Shown here: in pieces, positions 56,701 to 64,000 of the stretch
How the letters are laid out: each line of letters begins with the position of its first letter
Numbering within the stretch: position 1 is the first letter of the stretch
NCBI GenBank assembly: GCA_947629655.1
Contig: CANREL010000004.1
Coordinates: 13,577-77,576 of the forward strand
Reading direction: 5' to 3'
DNA from: an uncultured Bacilli bacterium
GTDB taxonomy: Bacteria; Bacillota_I; Bacilli_A; RF39; UBA660
Length of the DNA stretch: 64,000 nucleotides
Made by a program: the position numbers and the translations under genes
The notes under the pieces: generated by a model
Told to the model about the DNA's origin: nothing
The model's database searches: none
What the model saw: only the letters and a program-made list of their open reading frames with translations

Positions 56701-57098
56701 TTATTGAAGATGTAGGTTTTGATCTCGGTAAGAAAGTGGCTGATGAATATGAATTGAATTTGGAACCAAACTATGACGTCACCTACAAATTTGATAACTC
56801 ATTATATAGTTCGGTATTCAATAAGAATTCGGAGAATCATCTCGATTTCAACCACGATATAATGGATAAGTACATCACTAAGATAGAGACGATGGACGAT
56901 AAAGATTTCTTAAAGATATTTACGCCAGTAATAGATAAAAAAGCAAGTGCTCTACAAAAGAGTCAAGAAGAGATAGGTGCCATTCTATTGGATCGCAAAG
57001 CCAATATTCGTTCACAATTCAACAACTTAGAACAGCACATCGCTATTGTTAATGGTGAAGCAGTAGACGTTATCAGTGATCATTTATCAACAAAGTAA
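53730..57098 (+). CDS. large uncharacterised cytoplasmic protein, paralog A2 (1122 aa) with an acidic N-terminal tail
   Basis: The first ~80 aa are D/E-rich. The rest is collinear with A1 and A3. The conserved core lies at nt ~55410-56085. Confidence 0.8.
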   Translation: MDDQSIDNDSFLEEDDLYSAVVNSDEEFDDEDLEDTLDLGLFSKNDMDESPSFDDEEDLPELDSDTLNDPFQDPFDSSLSKSFFPQMQAVLKKSEAIAVKPSILDKKIVELESIPIQELSEKLLEEIRSLESETPEFRNAQLQSIFSRILEFQPVNKAGSTNDSHFEKYEQRLFTDLVSAIGLSDIDFVKDFLKSSFKYGGNSSKVQQRKLLLQVFDYYDTHSEDAIEKFNYIFRSSEAIGIMLLDEPELLKTQYFSNRVMELFSKESLSQLYRFKFVMGYQELENLVKEENAKALFVVSQMCNYSTNVIGHDFEFMSAVFKQISTNPKFFQLLSDSYDSLVHGDEKAHMAKKELEPEFRKLMNYILNQSYDKRALGRSDHSNISTLADFMKYVSKQSEEFHDYVVRPGTLSKIEDETFDPENDFLKITDKQDLQNFKRGILMGIYGISFEEAKHYVSQYGQYMEALEKGIVDEDKEILQVLKSICSIVKLDETDQNFESKISQLQTAYAYQIKKNGPYFQDKYVSTMILQGLFNRMIMNTYNKRNLLASSCEELGRDDDVVLLDAGYDFDMVVTSFSGVESFYQSGVNMASKWNTAALSEGQGLCVSHISSQNLGVISLQSPIIGFSKIPQYALDSMGPNDIFTNISSYNLRMLNENRGRVQNRFFIPANVMSDEQRYGYNEILLERFLSQDEKGDIKIQPSYVVCYKMNENYKQSLNYKQSLKVAKDFGIPMVVVDVMKIKEKEQSIIEEQQQQLLSSEKVDLAMMHDIVTRYMNNYTGSLTMCWENQSDWRYREDFSVPGMRNFFDEVFRKISSIDDENLQKEWLDALEFAYRDEKRKNDSAHKVSSYKGSVRGFIFDRDMESGGFDLLTRITDARNGKFTYASEVYVEDEPTADLGIVTQVKVTKVMLSDGVTEGIFVTPQELKEEDIAIISLTNAMEMGSTFDLEDYSLNGVDGFAIKYNEVEDQDVVAAENLVVSYLFANFESAFIEDVGFDLGKKVADEYELNLEPNYDVTYKFDNSLYSSVFNKNSENHLDFNHDIMDKYITKIETMDDKDFLKIFTPVIDKKASALQKSQEEIGAILLDRKANIRSQFNNLEQHIAIVNGEAVDVISDHLSTK

Positions 57099-57110
57099 GG
57101 GGAGATTTGA

Positions 57111-60092
57111 ATGGAAAAGAAAACAGAAGAAATTGTCCTAAAGAAAAATTTTATGCCATCGATGAGTATGGTATTCGGTTTTCTAAGTCAAAATAAATTT
57201 ATCAATATGTCGATTAATAAGATGGAAGAGAAAGATATTGAAGAAGTTAGAGCGATTCTTTTGAATGATGTCAAAGAGTTAAAAGACAAAAATCAAGCTG
57301 TCCAAAAACAACAACTTCAAAAAATTTTTTCCAAGATCTTTGCTCTTCAACCATATCTCAATCAACGATTAAAAGATAGAAGTTTGCGAAGTACAGAGCA
57401 GCGCCTATATGCTGATCTAATTTTGACACCTGGTTTATTCGATCTCGATTACGTCGATAATTTTATTAGAAATGATTTTGTCAATAATGAGAAAAATCGT
57501 TTTAAATATGAATCTTTGATTGAAATATTAGATTATCGAAAAGGTTTATCAGATGAATCACGAGAAAAATTTGATTATTGTTATCGCAGTAGTGTTAAAT
57601 TTGCTAATTCTTTAATAAATAATCCAAATATAATTAGTCATTTACTAACGGAAAGAAATTTACAAATGTTTAGTAAAGAAACATTGTCACACATTTTTAG
57701 ATTTTTAAATTCTGGTGAAGATATCTCTAATTTATTTGCTGAAGAAAATAGTAAAGTATTATTTATCTTTTCACAGATGTGTGATGCTGTATATAAAAAA
57801 GTTGGACATGAAAGCGAAGTATTAGATGCCGGTTATCGAATGTTGAGAGATGCCGATTTTAAAGAAATTCTAAATGACTATTATGACAAATATGTTGGTA
57901 GTCAAGATAATGAAAATGACTTTAAAAAAAGAGTTGGTTTGGCTAATTCAGTTGAAATGCAAGAACTCTTTAATTACATGGTTACTCAAGGCTATAATTT
58001 CAGTTATGGTTCTAAAACTTTTTCTGATATTCATACCATAGAAGAATTTATGAATTTCGTAAGAGAAGAAAGAGAAAATAATCATATTGTTGTATTTGGA
58101 AAAGAGAATTATGAAAGAATAAAAAATGGTCATTTGGATGATGATATAACTTTTAAAAAGATAACAGATGAAGATGAGTTAAAAGAGTTTAAAAAAGCTG
58201 TTTTAGAAAATATATATGGAATCAATACATTTGAAGCAAGTCACATCACTAGAACTTATGGAAATTATTTAGAGGAGTTACAGAAATGTCTCAATGAAAA
58301 TGATAAAGTTACTTTTGAAATATTGGAAGCGATTGTCAAGATTGATAAAATGGAACTCGATAATGAAGATGATATCAAACACATTCAAAGAGCTTATTGG
58401 AAATATGTTAAAGAAAAAGGTTTGGATCATCGAAAAGAATATTCTTCAATTTTAGTATTAGATGGATTGTTAAACAGAATGTATATGAATACATATAGTG
58501 ATATTTTGTTTGATGAAAAAGATAAGAGAACTATTAGAGTTGATGATGGTGTACCAGTAATTGATGCGGGAGTCGAATTCAACATGATCGTCACTGCTTT
58601 AAATGGAGCACAAAAGTTTTTACAAAGAGGCGTTAACATTGCCAGTAAATGGAATACAGCTATGATGGAAGATAGACAGGGATTGTGTGCTTCTTTTATC
58701 AATAATTCCAATTTGGGAACAATTACTCTTAATGGTCCTTTATTAGGATTTAAAAATTTGCCCAAAGATTGTTTGAATGCGATGGGTACTACTGATATAT
58801 ATACGACTCCAGGATCTTTCAACTTGCGTTATTACAATCGAAGTCATACACTTTTTGTACCGGGACCAAATTTAGCTGATGAGACCCGATATGGTTACAA
58901 TGAGATGTTGTTAGATAGATTTTTATCAAAAGATGAAGACAATCAATTAAAACTTCAACCGGATTATGTCATCTATTACAAGACAGAAGAACCTTATCAG
59001 ACTAGTATGCGTTATGAAATGTGTTTAAAGACCGCTAAAGAATTTGGAATACCATTAGTTGTCGTCGACTATGAAAAAATCAAGAAAAATGAAAAAAAAG
59101 TTATCCATGAAATGGAACAAGAATTATTTTCAAAAGAAGAAGTTAATAAAGATTTATTAGTAGATATAATGAGTAGATATATGAACAATATCAGTGGAAC
59201 TAGAACGATTCATGGACCTACTAAATTTGGTGGTTTACACGTCAAAGATGAAGATACTTTTCCAACTGGTGATTTAAGAATTTTTATCAATGATGTGGAA
59301 CGTAGATGTGAATATATAACTGATGCAGAAAAGAAGGAAAAATGGATCGAGGCTTTTGAAGCAGCTTATGAAAATGAACAGCGAAAACATTTTGTAGCGG
59401 TCAGTGTCAATTCATATAATTGTTCAATTGGCGCTGATAAAGTTGAATTTATGTTGATGAGTGAATATGATGTTGGAAATCGCATAAAACGCTTGAAAAA
59501 AGTAGAAGAAGAAACAATAGAAGAAGAGGGAATATTTTATAAATCAAGAGATGTTCCTGGGGATATGGATGCTCTTTGTCTATTATCCAATGCTTTAGAT
59601 TTCAATACGCAGTACGACATTGTTGAAAAATACAATGATGAAGGAGAATATGGATATTATTATCAAGTAAAAAAGAATAGTAAAGAACCTAGTATTGAAG
59701 AAAAGTTAATCGTTTCTTATCTAACTGATAATTATGATACAGATTTATTGAAAGAGATGCACGATGATATCAAGACTAAAAATGTTAAATTCAATATTCC
59801 TGATAATAGGAATTTAACTGAACATGTAATGTCTTCACCAATATTTAGTAATGTTCAATATGATCAAAATAAACTAGATGGTATCATTGAAAAAATAGAA
59901 AAGATGAATGAAAAAGATTTTATCAACTTATTTGGAGCACATATTGTAGATAAATCTGATAAATATCACATAGATGTTGATACTGTTGCTTATGAGATAT
60001 CGCTTAAAAAGAGTAGTATTCGTGAAGATTTTAACAATTTGAATAATTTTATTAATAAAGGTTCAGAAGAAATAGTAGTGAAAGGAAAGTAG
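57111..60092 (+). CDS. large uncharacterised cytoplasmic protein, paralog A3 (993 aa)
   Basis: Starts 12 nt after A2, behind AGGGGAG. The conserved core lies at nt ~58548-59210. Confidence 0.8.
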   Translation: MEKKTEEIVLKKNFMPSMSMVFGFLSQNKFINMSINKMEEKDIEEVRAILLNDVKELKDKNQAVQKQQLQKIFSKIFALQPYLNQRLKDRSLRSTEQRLYADLILTPGLFDLDYVDNFIRNDFVNNEKNRFKYESLIEILDYRKGLSDESREKFDYCYRSSVKFANSLINNPNIISHLLTERNLQMFSKETLSHIFRFLNSGEDISNLFAEENSKVLFIFSQMCDAVYKKVGHESEVLDAGYRMLRDADFKEILNDYYDKYVGSQDNENDFKKRVGLANSVEMQELFNYMVTQGYNFSYGSKTFSDIHTIEEFMNFVREERENNHIVVFGKENYERIKNGHLDDDITFKKITDEDELKEFKKAVLENIYGINTFEASHITRTYGNYLEELQKCLNENDKVTFEILEAIVKIDKMELDNEDDIKHIQRAYWKYVKEKGLDHRKEYSSILVLDGLLNRMYMNTYSDILFDEKDKRTIRVDDGVPVIDAGVEFNMIVTALNGAQKFLQRGVNIASKWNTAMMEDRQGLCASFINNSNLGTITLNGPLLGFKNLPKDCLNAMGTTDIYTTPGSFNLRYYNRSHTLFVPGPNLADETRYGYNEMLLDRFLSKDEDNQLKLQPDYVIYYKTEEPYQTSMRYEMCLKTAKEFGIPLVVVDYEKIKKNEKKVIHEMEQELFSKEEVNKDLLVDIMSRYMNNISGTRTIHGPTKFGGLHVKDEDTFPTGDLRIFINDVERRCEYITDAEKKEKWIEAFEAAYENEQRKHFVAVSVNSYNCSIGADKVEFMLMSEYDVGNRIKRLKKVEEETIEEEGIFYKSRDVPGDMDALCLLSNALDFNTQYDIVEKYNDEGEYGYYYQVKKNSKEPSIEEKLIVSYLTDNYDTDLLKEMHDDIKTKNVKFNIPDNRNLTEHVMSSPIFSNVQYDQNKLDGIIEKIEKMNEKDFINLFGAHIVDKSDKYHIDVDTVAYEISLKKSSIREDFNNLNNFINKGSEEIVVKGK

Positions 60093-60096
60093 AGAG

Positions 60097-60309
60097 ATGA
60101 AAGCAAGTGAATTGAGAAGAATTGTTGAAGAAAAAAAGGGTGTTAACAATGAGAGAAGTACTAGTAGTATTTCTAATTTAGATGATGATTATGGAAGTTA
60201 TCATGAGACTATTCTCAATAATTATTTAGAGGATGTCGGTGCTATTTCTAAATATATTAATGATGGATTAAAAGAAGTAGAAAAAAATAAGAATTTACCA
60301 AACGTTTAG
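60097..60309 (+). CDS. 70-aa protein homologous to the N-terminal leader of the ADP-ribosylglycohydrolase
   Basis: ATG lies 4 nt after the A3 stop and has an AGGAAAG RBS. TILNNYLEDVGAISKYINDGLKEVEKN aligns with ARH SILDDYLKDVGPISKFINEGFEEIDRD (14/27 identical, the rest mostly conservative). Confidence 0.6.
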   Translation: MKASELRRIVEEKKGVNNERSTSSISNLDDDYGSYHETILNNYLEDVGAISKYINDGLKEVEKNKNLPNV

Positions 60310-60334
60310 AAGAAAACATTTTTGTTTTCTTTTA
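60310..60334 (+). terminator. rho-independent terminator
   Basis: Hairpin agaaaaca/tttt/tgttttct followed by a T-rich tract. Confidence 0.7.
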
Positions 60335-60375
60335 TTGTTTAACGATATATAATGTAATTAATAGGGAGTGATTTA

Positions 60376-61086
60376 ATGGAACTAAAATATAAGAGAATTT
60401 TAATCAAGTTGAGTGGTGAAAGTTTAGCTGGTAAGATTGGACATGGCATAGATTTTGATAGAACTTTGGAAATTTGTAGTGAAATAAAGAAAGTTAGTGA
60501 TTTAGGTGTAGAAGTAGCTATCGTAGTTGGTGGTGGTAACTTCTGGCGTGGTCGTAGCAATATGCATATGGACAGATGTACATCTGATTATATTGGGATG
60601 CTTGGAACGACGATGAATGCTTTAGCGCTTGGTGATGCTTTTAAACAATTAGGACAAGATGTCAGAGTTCAAACGGGAGTTGAAATGCGCCAAATTGCAG
60701 AGTTTTATATCAAGAATAGAGCTGATCGTCATTTGAGTAAGGGAAGAGTTGTAATTTTTGGTTGTGGTACTGGTAGTCCTTTCTTCTCAACTGATACAGC
60801 AGCTGCTCTAAGAAGTGCGGAGATAGGAGCTGATGCGGTTTTAAAGGCCACGAATGTCAGTGGTATTTACACAGCTGATCCAAAGAAAGATGCTAATGCA
60901 ACGATGATTGATGAGATAACTTATATGGAAGTTCTAAATAAAAAATTAAATGTCATGGATTCGACAGCGATGACTCTATGCATGGATAATGATATTCCAA
61001 TAGTAGTGTTCAACATAAATGAAAAAGGAAATCTTTTAAAATTGATTGAAGGAGAGAAAATAGGGACAGTAGTAAGTAATAAGTAG
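60376..61086 (+). CDS. pyrH: UMP kinase
   Basis: Motifs [21 protein letters not shown] and [13 protein letters not shown]. Confidence 0.92.
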   Translation: MELKYKRILIKLSGESLAGKIGHGIDFDRTLEICSEIKKVSDLGVEVAIVVGGGNFWRGRSNMHMDRCTSDYIGMLGTTMNALALGDAFKQLGQDVRVQTGVEMRQIAEFYIKNRADRHLSKGRVVIFGCGTGSPFFSTDTAAALRSAEIGADAVLKATNVSGIYTADPKKDANATMIDEITYMEVLNKKLNVMDSTAMTLCMDNDIPIVVFNINEKGNLLKLIEGEKIGTVVSNK

Positions 61087-61097
61087 GAGGTATCTTC

Positions 61098-61664
61098 ATG
61101 GAGAATAAGAAGAAAACAGAAAAAGAAATGTTTTTTGATTATGATTTGAGTGATCATTATTTCAAATATTATGATGAAGCTTATGGAGTTAATTTCGGCA
61201 AGAAAAAATTGTTAAAACATCCCAATGCTAAGATTGGTAGTTTCTTAAAAGAAATGACGAAAATTCTTGGTTTACTATTTTTATTATTTTTGTTCATCGG
61301 TATTATAGGAGGAGAGGATTGTTTAGAAGTATCAGCATCTTTCATGTCTTTTATAATCGTTTTAGAAATATTTTACATATTGGTAATTTTTATTGCGTCA
61401 AATTCAAAAGCCAATAGTAAAAAAGGAAGACTTATCGTAAATAAGAATGGTATTATTGATGAGACTGATGGTCTACGAATAGAAGTTGATTACGTTAATA
61501 TCGATTTAGTTTGTGTTACGAAAAATTTAGTGGTATTCATATGTAAAGCGCCATTTTTCATCATGGTCAAGAATGATCAAGCTTCAGAAATCGTTGAAGC
61601 TTTGAACAAATATAGTGATGTCGAAATTAGAAATTTTTTAAAAGAAGATGTTGAAGAAGACTGA
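61098..61664 (+). CDS. two-TM membrane protein with a YcxB-like C-terminal domain
   Basis: A hairpin of two TM helices is followed by a small beta-rich domain (GRLIVNKNGIIDE...LVVFICKAPFFIMVKND). The call rests on architecture only. Confidence 0.45.
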   Translation: MENKKKTEKEMFFDYDLSDHYFKYYDEAYGVNFGKKKLLKHPNAKIGSFLKEMTKILGLLFLLFLFIGIIGGEDCLEVSASFMSFIIVLEIFYILVIFIASNSKANSKKGRLIVNKNGIIDETDGLRIEVDYVNIDLVCVTKNLVVFICKAPFFIMVKNDQASEIVEALNKYSDVEIRNFLKEDVEED

Positions 61665-61699
61665 TATTTGTGATTATATATAATTAAAATAGAGGTGGT

Positions 61700-62731
61700 A
61701 TGATGAAGAAAGTATTTTTATTAATAGTTGCTCTTTTACTACTTGGACCTTTAGGAGTAAGTGCGGCTAGTCCCAGTGTCAGCAATTTGAGTGTTACTGG
61801 TGATAGTAGTGGCGAAGTTGGTAAAGCTTTAACAGTAAATGTTGACATAAAGTTTTCTAATATAAGTGAATTAGGTGTTAAACTTATCGACTTAGAATTC
61901 AATTTTGATGATGCATATCTTGAAGTTGTCAACATTTCTTCTAGTAATTATTCTTCAGAAGTATATGAAGAAAATGGTAAGTATTATATTCGTGCTAATT
62001 CGATGGCTAAAAATCTTGAAAGTTATAGTGCTAAGGTAATTTTTAAGCCTAAGAAGGCCGTTGATAATACTACGATTAAAACAGGTAGTATCGTTGCGGA
62101 ATTCATGCCAAAGAGAGATGGGGATGGATTGTACATCGAAAATGAAAGTGATAAGGTTAGAATTAAAACGTCTCTAGTTAAGACGAAGAGTATTTCTGTT
62201 AAGAGTTCAAGTACTAGTAATACTAGTGATAGTAAGACTGGTAGTAGTTCTACTAGTAAAGGAAGCAGTTCTTCATCACCAAGTGATAAAAAAGTAAATA
62301 TAGATGATGGTAAATCAAATAATAATTATTTGAAGAATTTAAGTATTGAAAACTATGATATTAAGTTTGATAAAGAAAAACACGTTTATGAAGTTGAAGT
62401 AAAAAAAGATGTCAATACGATTAATTTAAAAGTTGAACCCGAAGACAGTAAAGCTACTTATGATGTAGAAGGTGCTGATGATTTAAAGAAGAATGACTAC
62501 AAAGTAACAGTTAAAGTAACAGCGGAGAATGGAGATGTCAACACTTATATAGTCAATGTCAAAAATGATCAAGCAGTTGAGGTAAAAGATGATAAAGATG
62601 GTAAAATTCCAACAAAATATTTCATCATTGGTGGGATTGTGGCAGCGATCATCATCATTGTTATCATCATTATATATTTCATAGCCCATGGAAAAGATCG
62701 CAAATTAGAAAAGTCTTTGGATGAGATGTAA
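61700..62731 (+). CDS. surface protein: signal peptide, cohesin-like domain, S/T-rich linker, cadherin-like beta-sandwich repeat, C-terminal TM anchor
   Basis: Signal peptide (VSA/A), an S-rich linker, the repeat NNYLKNLSIENYDIKFDKEKHVYEVEV, and a TM helix (IIGGIVAAIIIIVIIIIYF). It is a shorter paralog of 27466-29100. Confidence 0.6.
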   Translation: MMKKVFLLIVALLLLGPLGVSAASPSVSNLSVTGDSSGEVGKALTVNVDIKFSNISELGVKLIDLEFNFDDAYLEVVNISSSNYSSEVYEENGKYYIRANSMAKNLESYSAKVIFKPKKAVDNTTIKTGSIVAEFMPKRDGDGLYIENESDKVRIKTSLVKTKSISVKSSSTSNTSDSKTGSSSTSKGSSSSSPSDKKVNIDDGKSNNNYLKNLSIENYDIKFDKEKHVYEVEVKKDVNTINLKVEPEDSKATYDVEGADDLKKNDYKVTVKVTAENGDVNTYIVNVKNDQAVEVKDDKDGKIPTKYFIIGGIVAAIIIIVIIIIYFIAHGKDRKLEKSLDEM

Positions 62732-62763
62732 ATAGATTTTAGTAAATATAGTAGGTGAGTAGT

Positions 62764-64000
62764 ATGCGTGAAAAGAATGGACCTTCTAAGAAGATGTTGG
62801 TCACGGAAGTTAAAATTACTTATAGTGAATATAAAAAGATGCATAAGTATTTTAACTATAAATTAAAAAAGAGATTAATTATTATCAGTCTGTTGATCAT
62901 CTTTGTGATGATGTTTGGACTTTTTCCTCCAGATCCTTTGCCAATTTGGGGAGTAATTGAAGTAGATATCATTTTAATCTCATTGGTTTATATCGTCTTA
63001 AAATTGTTCGATTTACTTTTTAGAAAATTTAATTATAAAAAAATTTTTAAAAAGGATAGAGATAACGTCTATTATGCTCTTTGTTTCTATGATGACCACA
63101 TTGAGAAAAGAGCAAAAAATAGTGCTAAAAACATTTTCTTTAGCGATATAAAAAAGATAAAAGAAATAGATAAACATTTTTATATAGTCGTTGATAAAGA
63201 AAATGTCATTCCTATCGATATGAATAAATGTAGTAGTGATTTGATCCTTTTTATTAGGTCATTACAGATAAATAATCTCAAGAAAAGAAATGATTATTTA
63301 AATGATTTAAATAACTATATGGTTCCAATTGAACAAGATAATAAGGGAATGCAGATTTTTTTAAAGATTTTGTTCGTCATTTGTCTTTTAATCGTTCCCA
63401 TTGGTGTCATGTTATCGTTACCAATAGCGTGTAAAAATATACCTAGCTATGTGATTGATTATTTTCCAACAATGGATCTTCGCTTGATATTTTTTAAAAT
63501 AACTTTATCAAGTATTCTAATTTCTAGTTATTTGTGGAGTTGTTTAATTCTATTACCAATTCCAATAATTTCATTTATTCTAGGAATTATATATCGAGAA
63601 AGACAAATTAAATGTACTAAGAATATCGTCATTGGTGTCATTGCTAGTATCTTGTTATTAATAATAGGTTCATATTCTTTTAGTTTTAATTTCGAAAAAG
63701 ATTATAGTGAAGTTCATTCTTTGGATAAAATTGTTGATATAAATTTCCCTAAAGAGGGAAGAGTTTTTGTCGTTGATTACCAAAAAATAGATGATTCCGA
63801 TGATGTTTCAACATTCATATTATTCAAGAATAGAAAAGAAGCTAATAAATTTTATGAACAAATTCAAAATGATTCTAGATGGATTTATAAAGATGATGTC
63901 AGTGATGAGTTGGAGCAATTCGTTCAATCAACTTGTGCTGATGATGAAATTTGTTATTTTTCTATCTATATCGATGATATTGATGAGTATAATACTTTCC
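62764..64000 (+). CDS. polytopic membrane protein (3' end cut by the window edge); absent from the supplied ORF track
   Basis: ATG at 62764 follows AGGTGA. I read the frame codon by codon to nt 64000 without meeting a stop. It has a two-TM hairpin plus a YcxB-like segment, then 4 more TM helices and a soluble tail. Confidence 0.65.
   Translation, partial: MREKNGPSKKMLVTEVKITYSEYKKMHKYFNYKLKKRLIIISLLIIFVMMFGLFPPDPLPIWGVIEVDIILISLVYIVLKLFDLLFRKFNYKKIFKKDRDNVYYALCFYDDHIEKRAKNSAKNIFFSDIKKIKEIDKHFYIVVDKENVIPIDMNKCSSDLILFIRSLQINNLKKRNDYLNDLNNYMVPIEQDNKGMQIFLKILFVICLLIVPIGVMLSLPIACKNIPSYVIDYFPTMDLRLIFFKITLSSILISSYLWSCLILLPIPIISFILGIIYRERQIKCTKNIVIGVIASILLLIIGSYSFSFNFEKDYSEVHSLDKIVDINFPKEGRVFVVDYQKIDDSDDVSTFILFKNRKEANKFYEQIQNDSRWIYKDDVSDELEQFVQSTCADDEICYFSIYIDDIDEYNTF

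Noticed and set aside
58427-58822. The 131-aa minus-strand ORF inside A3, and other antisense or overlapping ORFs in the track (for example 21453-21770, 36849-37127, 1818-2030, 38066-38269, 33442-33648 and 45351-45605).
   Set aside because: All lie entirely within much longer ORFs that carry recognisable motifs or paralog support. They lack RBS context and have shadow-frame composition, so I treat them as non-coding.
45829-60375. The island as a mobile element or prophage remnant.
   Set aside because: I saw no integrase, transposase, recombinase or phage structural genes, no flanking tRNA, and no flanking direct or inverted repeats. Its status as an insertion can only be tested by comparing related genomes.
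1-64000. Search for rRNA, tRNA, CRISPR arrays or long non-coding gaps.
   Set aside because: Intergenic gaps are at most ~100 nt and AT-rich. None has tRNA-like GC-rich stems or repeat-spacer periodicity, so none is reported.

Overview
The window is AT-rich (hand counts of about 22-45% GC per 60 nt) and almost fully coding. All genes but tdk are on the + strand, and TGA is used as a normal stop. Gene content points to a low-GC, spore-forming Firmicute, possibly Erysipelotrichia or Clostridia-like; this taxonomic guess is inference only.

The first ~35 kb is conserved core genome:
- a 5'-truncated YfhO-GtrA fusion;
- the rlmN-prpC-prkC-rsgA-rpe block;
- a NifS-like desulfurase with thioredoxin and Trx-CcdA genes, then archaeal-type proS;
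- radC-mreC-mreD-spoIVFA-like-spoIVFB-like, tdk and murE;
- an envelope cluster: an Ig-like/transglutaminase-like protein, an MBOAT gene broken by one in-frame TGA, an SGNH-like partner, sigK and a NodB deacetylase;
- yqeG-yqeH, a membrane-anchored murF, and ddl.

Two accessory regions stand out.
1. Region 35.5-45.1 kb encodes a 911-aa protein with a type IV prepilin N-terminus. It is followed by two tandem paralogs and then a Tad/Cpa-type machine (TadE-like, TadG-like, TadZ/CpaE, TadA/CpaF, TadB, TadC). No Flp pilin or prepilin peptidase gene is present.
2. Region 45.9-60.3 kb, between yebC and pyrH, is a 14.4-kb, eight-gene block that I cannot assign to any described system. It holds three full-length paralogs (1026, 1122 and 993 aa) and one N-terminal-only paralog (430 aa) of an unrecognised cytoplasmic protein family with a strongly conserved central core. 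Interleaved with them are a minimal PI4K-type-II-like kinase, a PHP phosphoesterase and an ADP-ribosylglycohydrolase. The N-terminal leader of the glycohydrolase recurs as a free-standing 70-aa ORF.

No rRNA, tRNA, CRISPR array, integrase or transposase was seen. All functional calls rest on motif recognition by eye; no database search or structure prediction was run.
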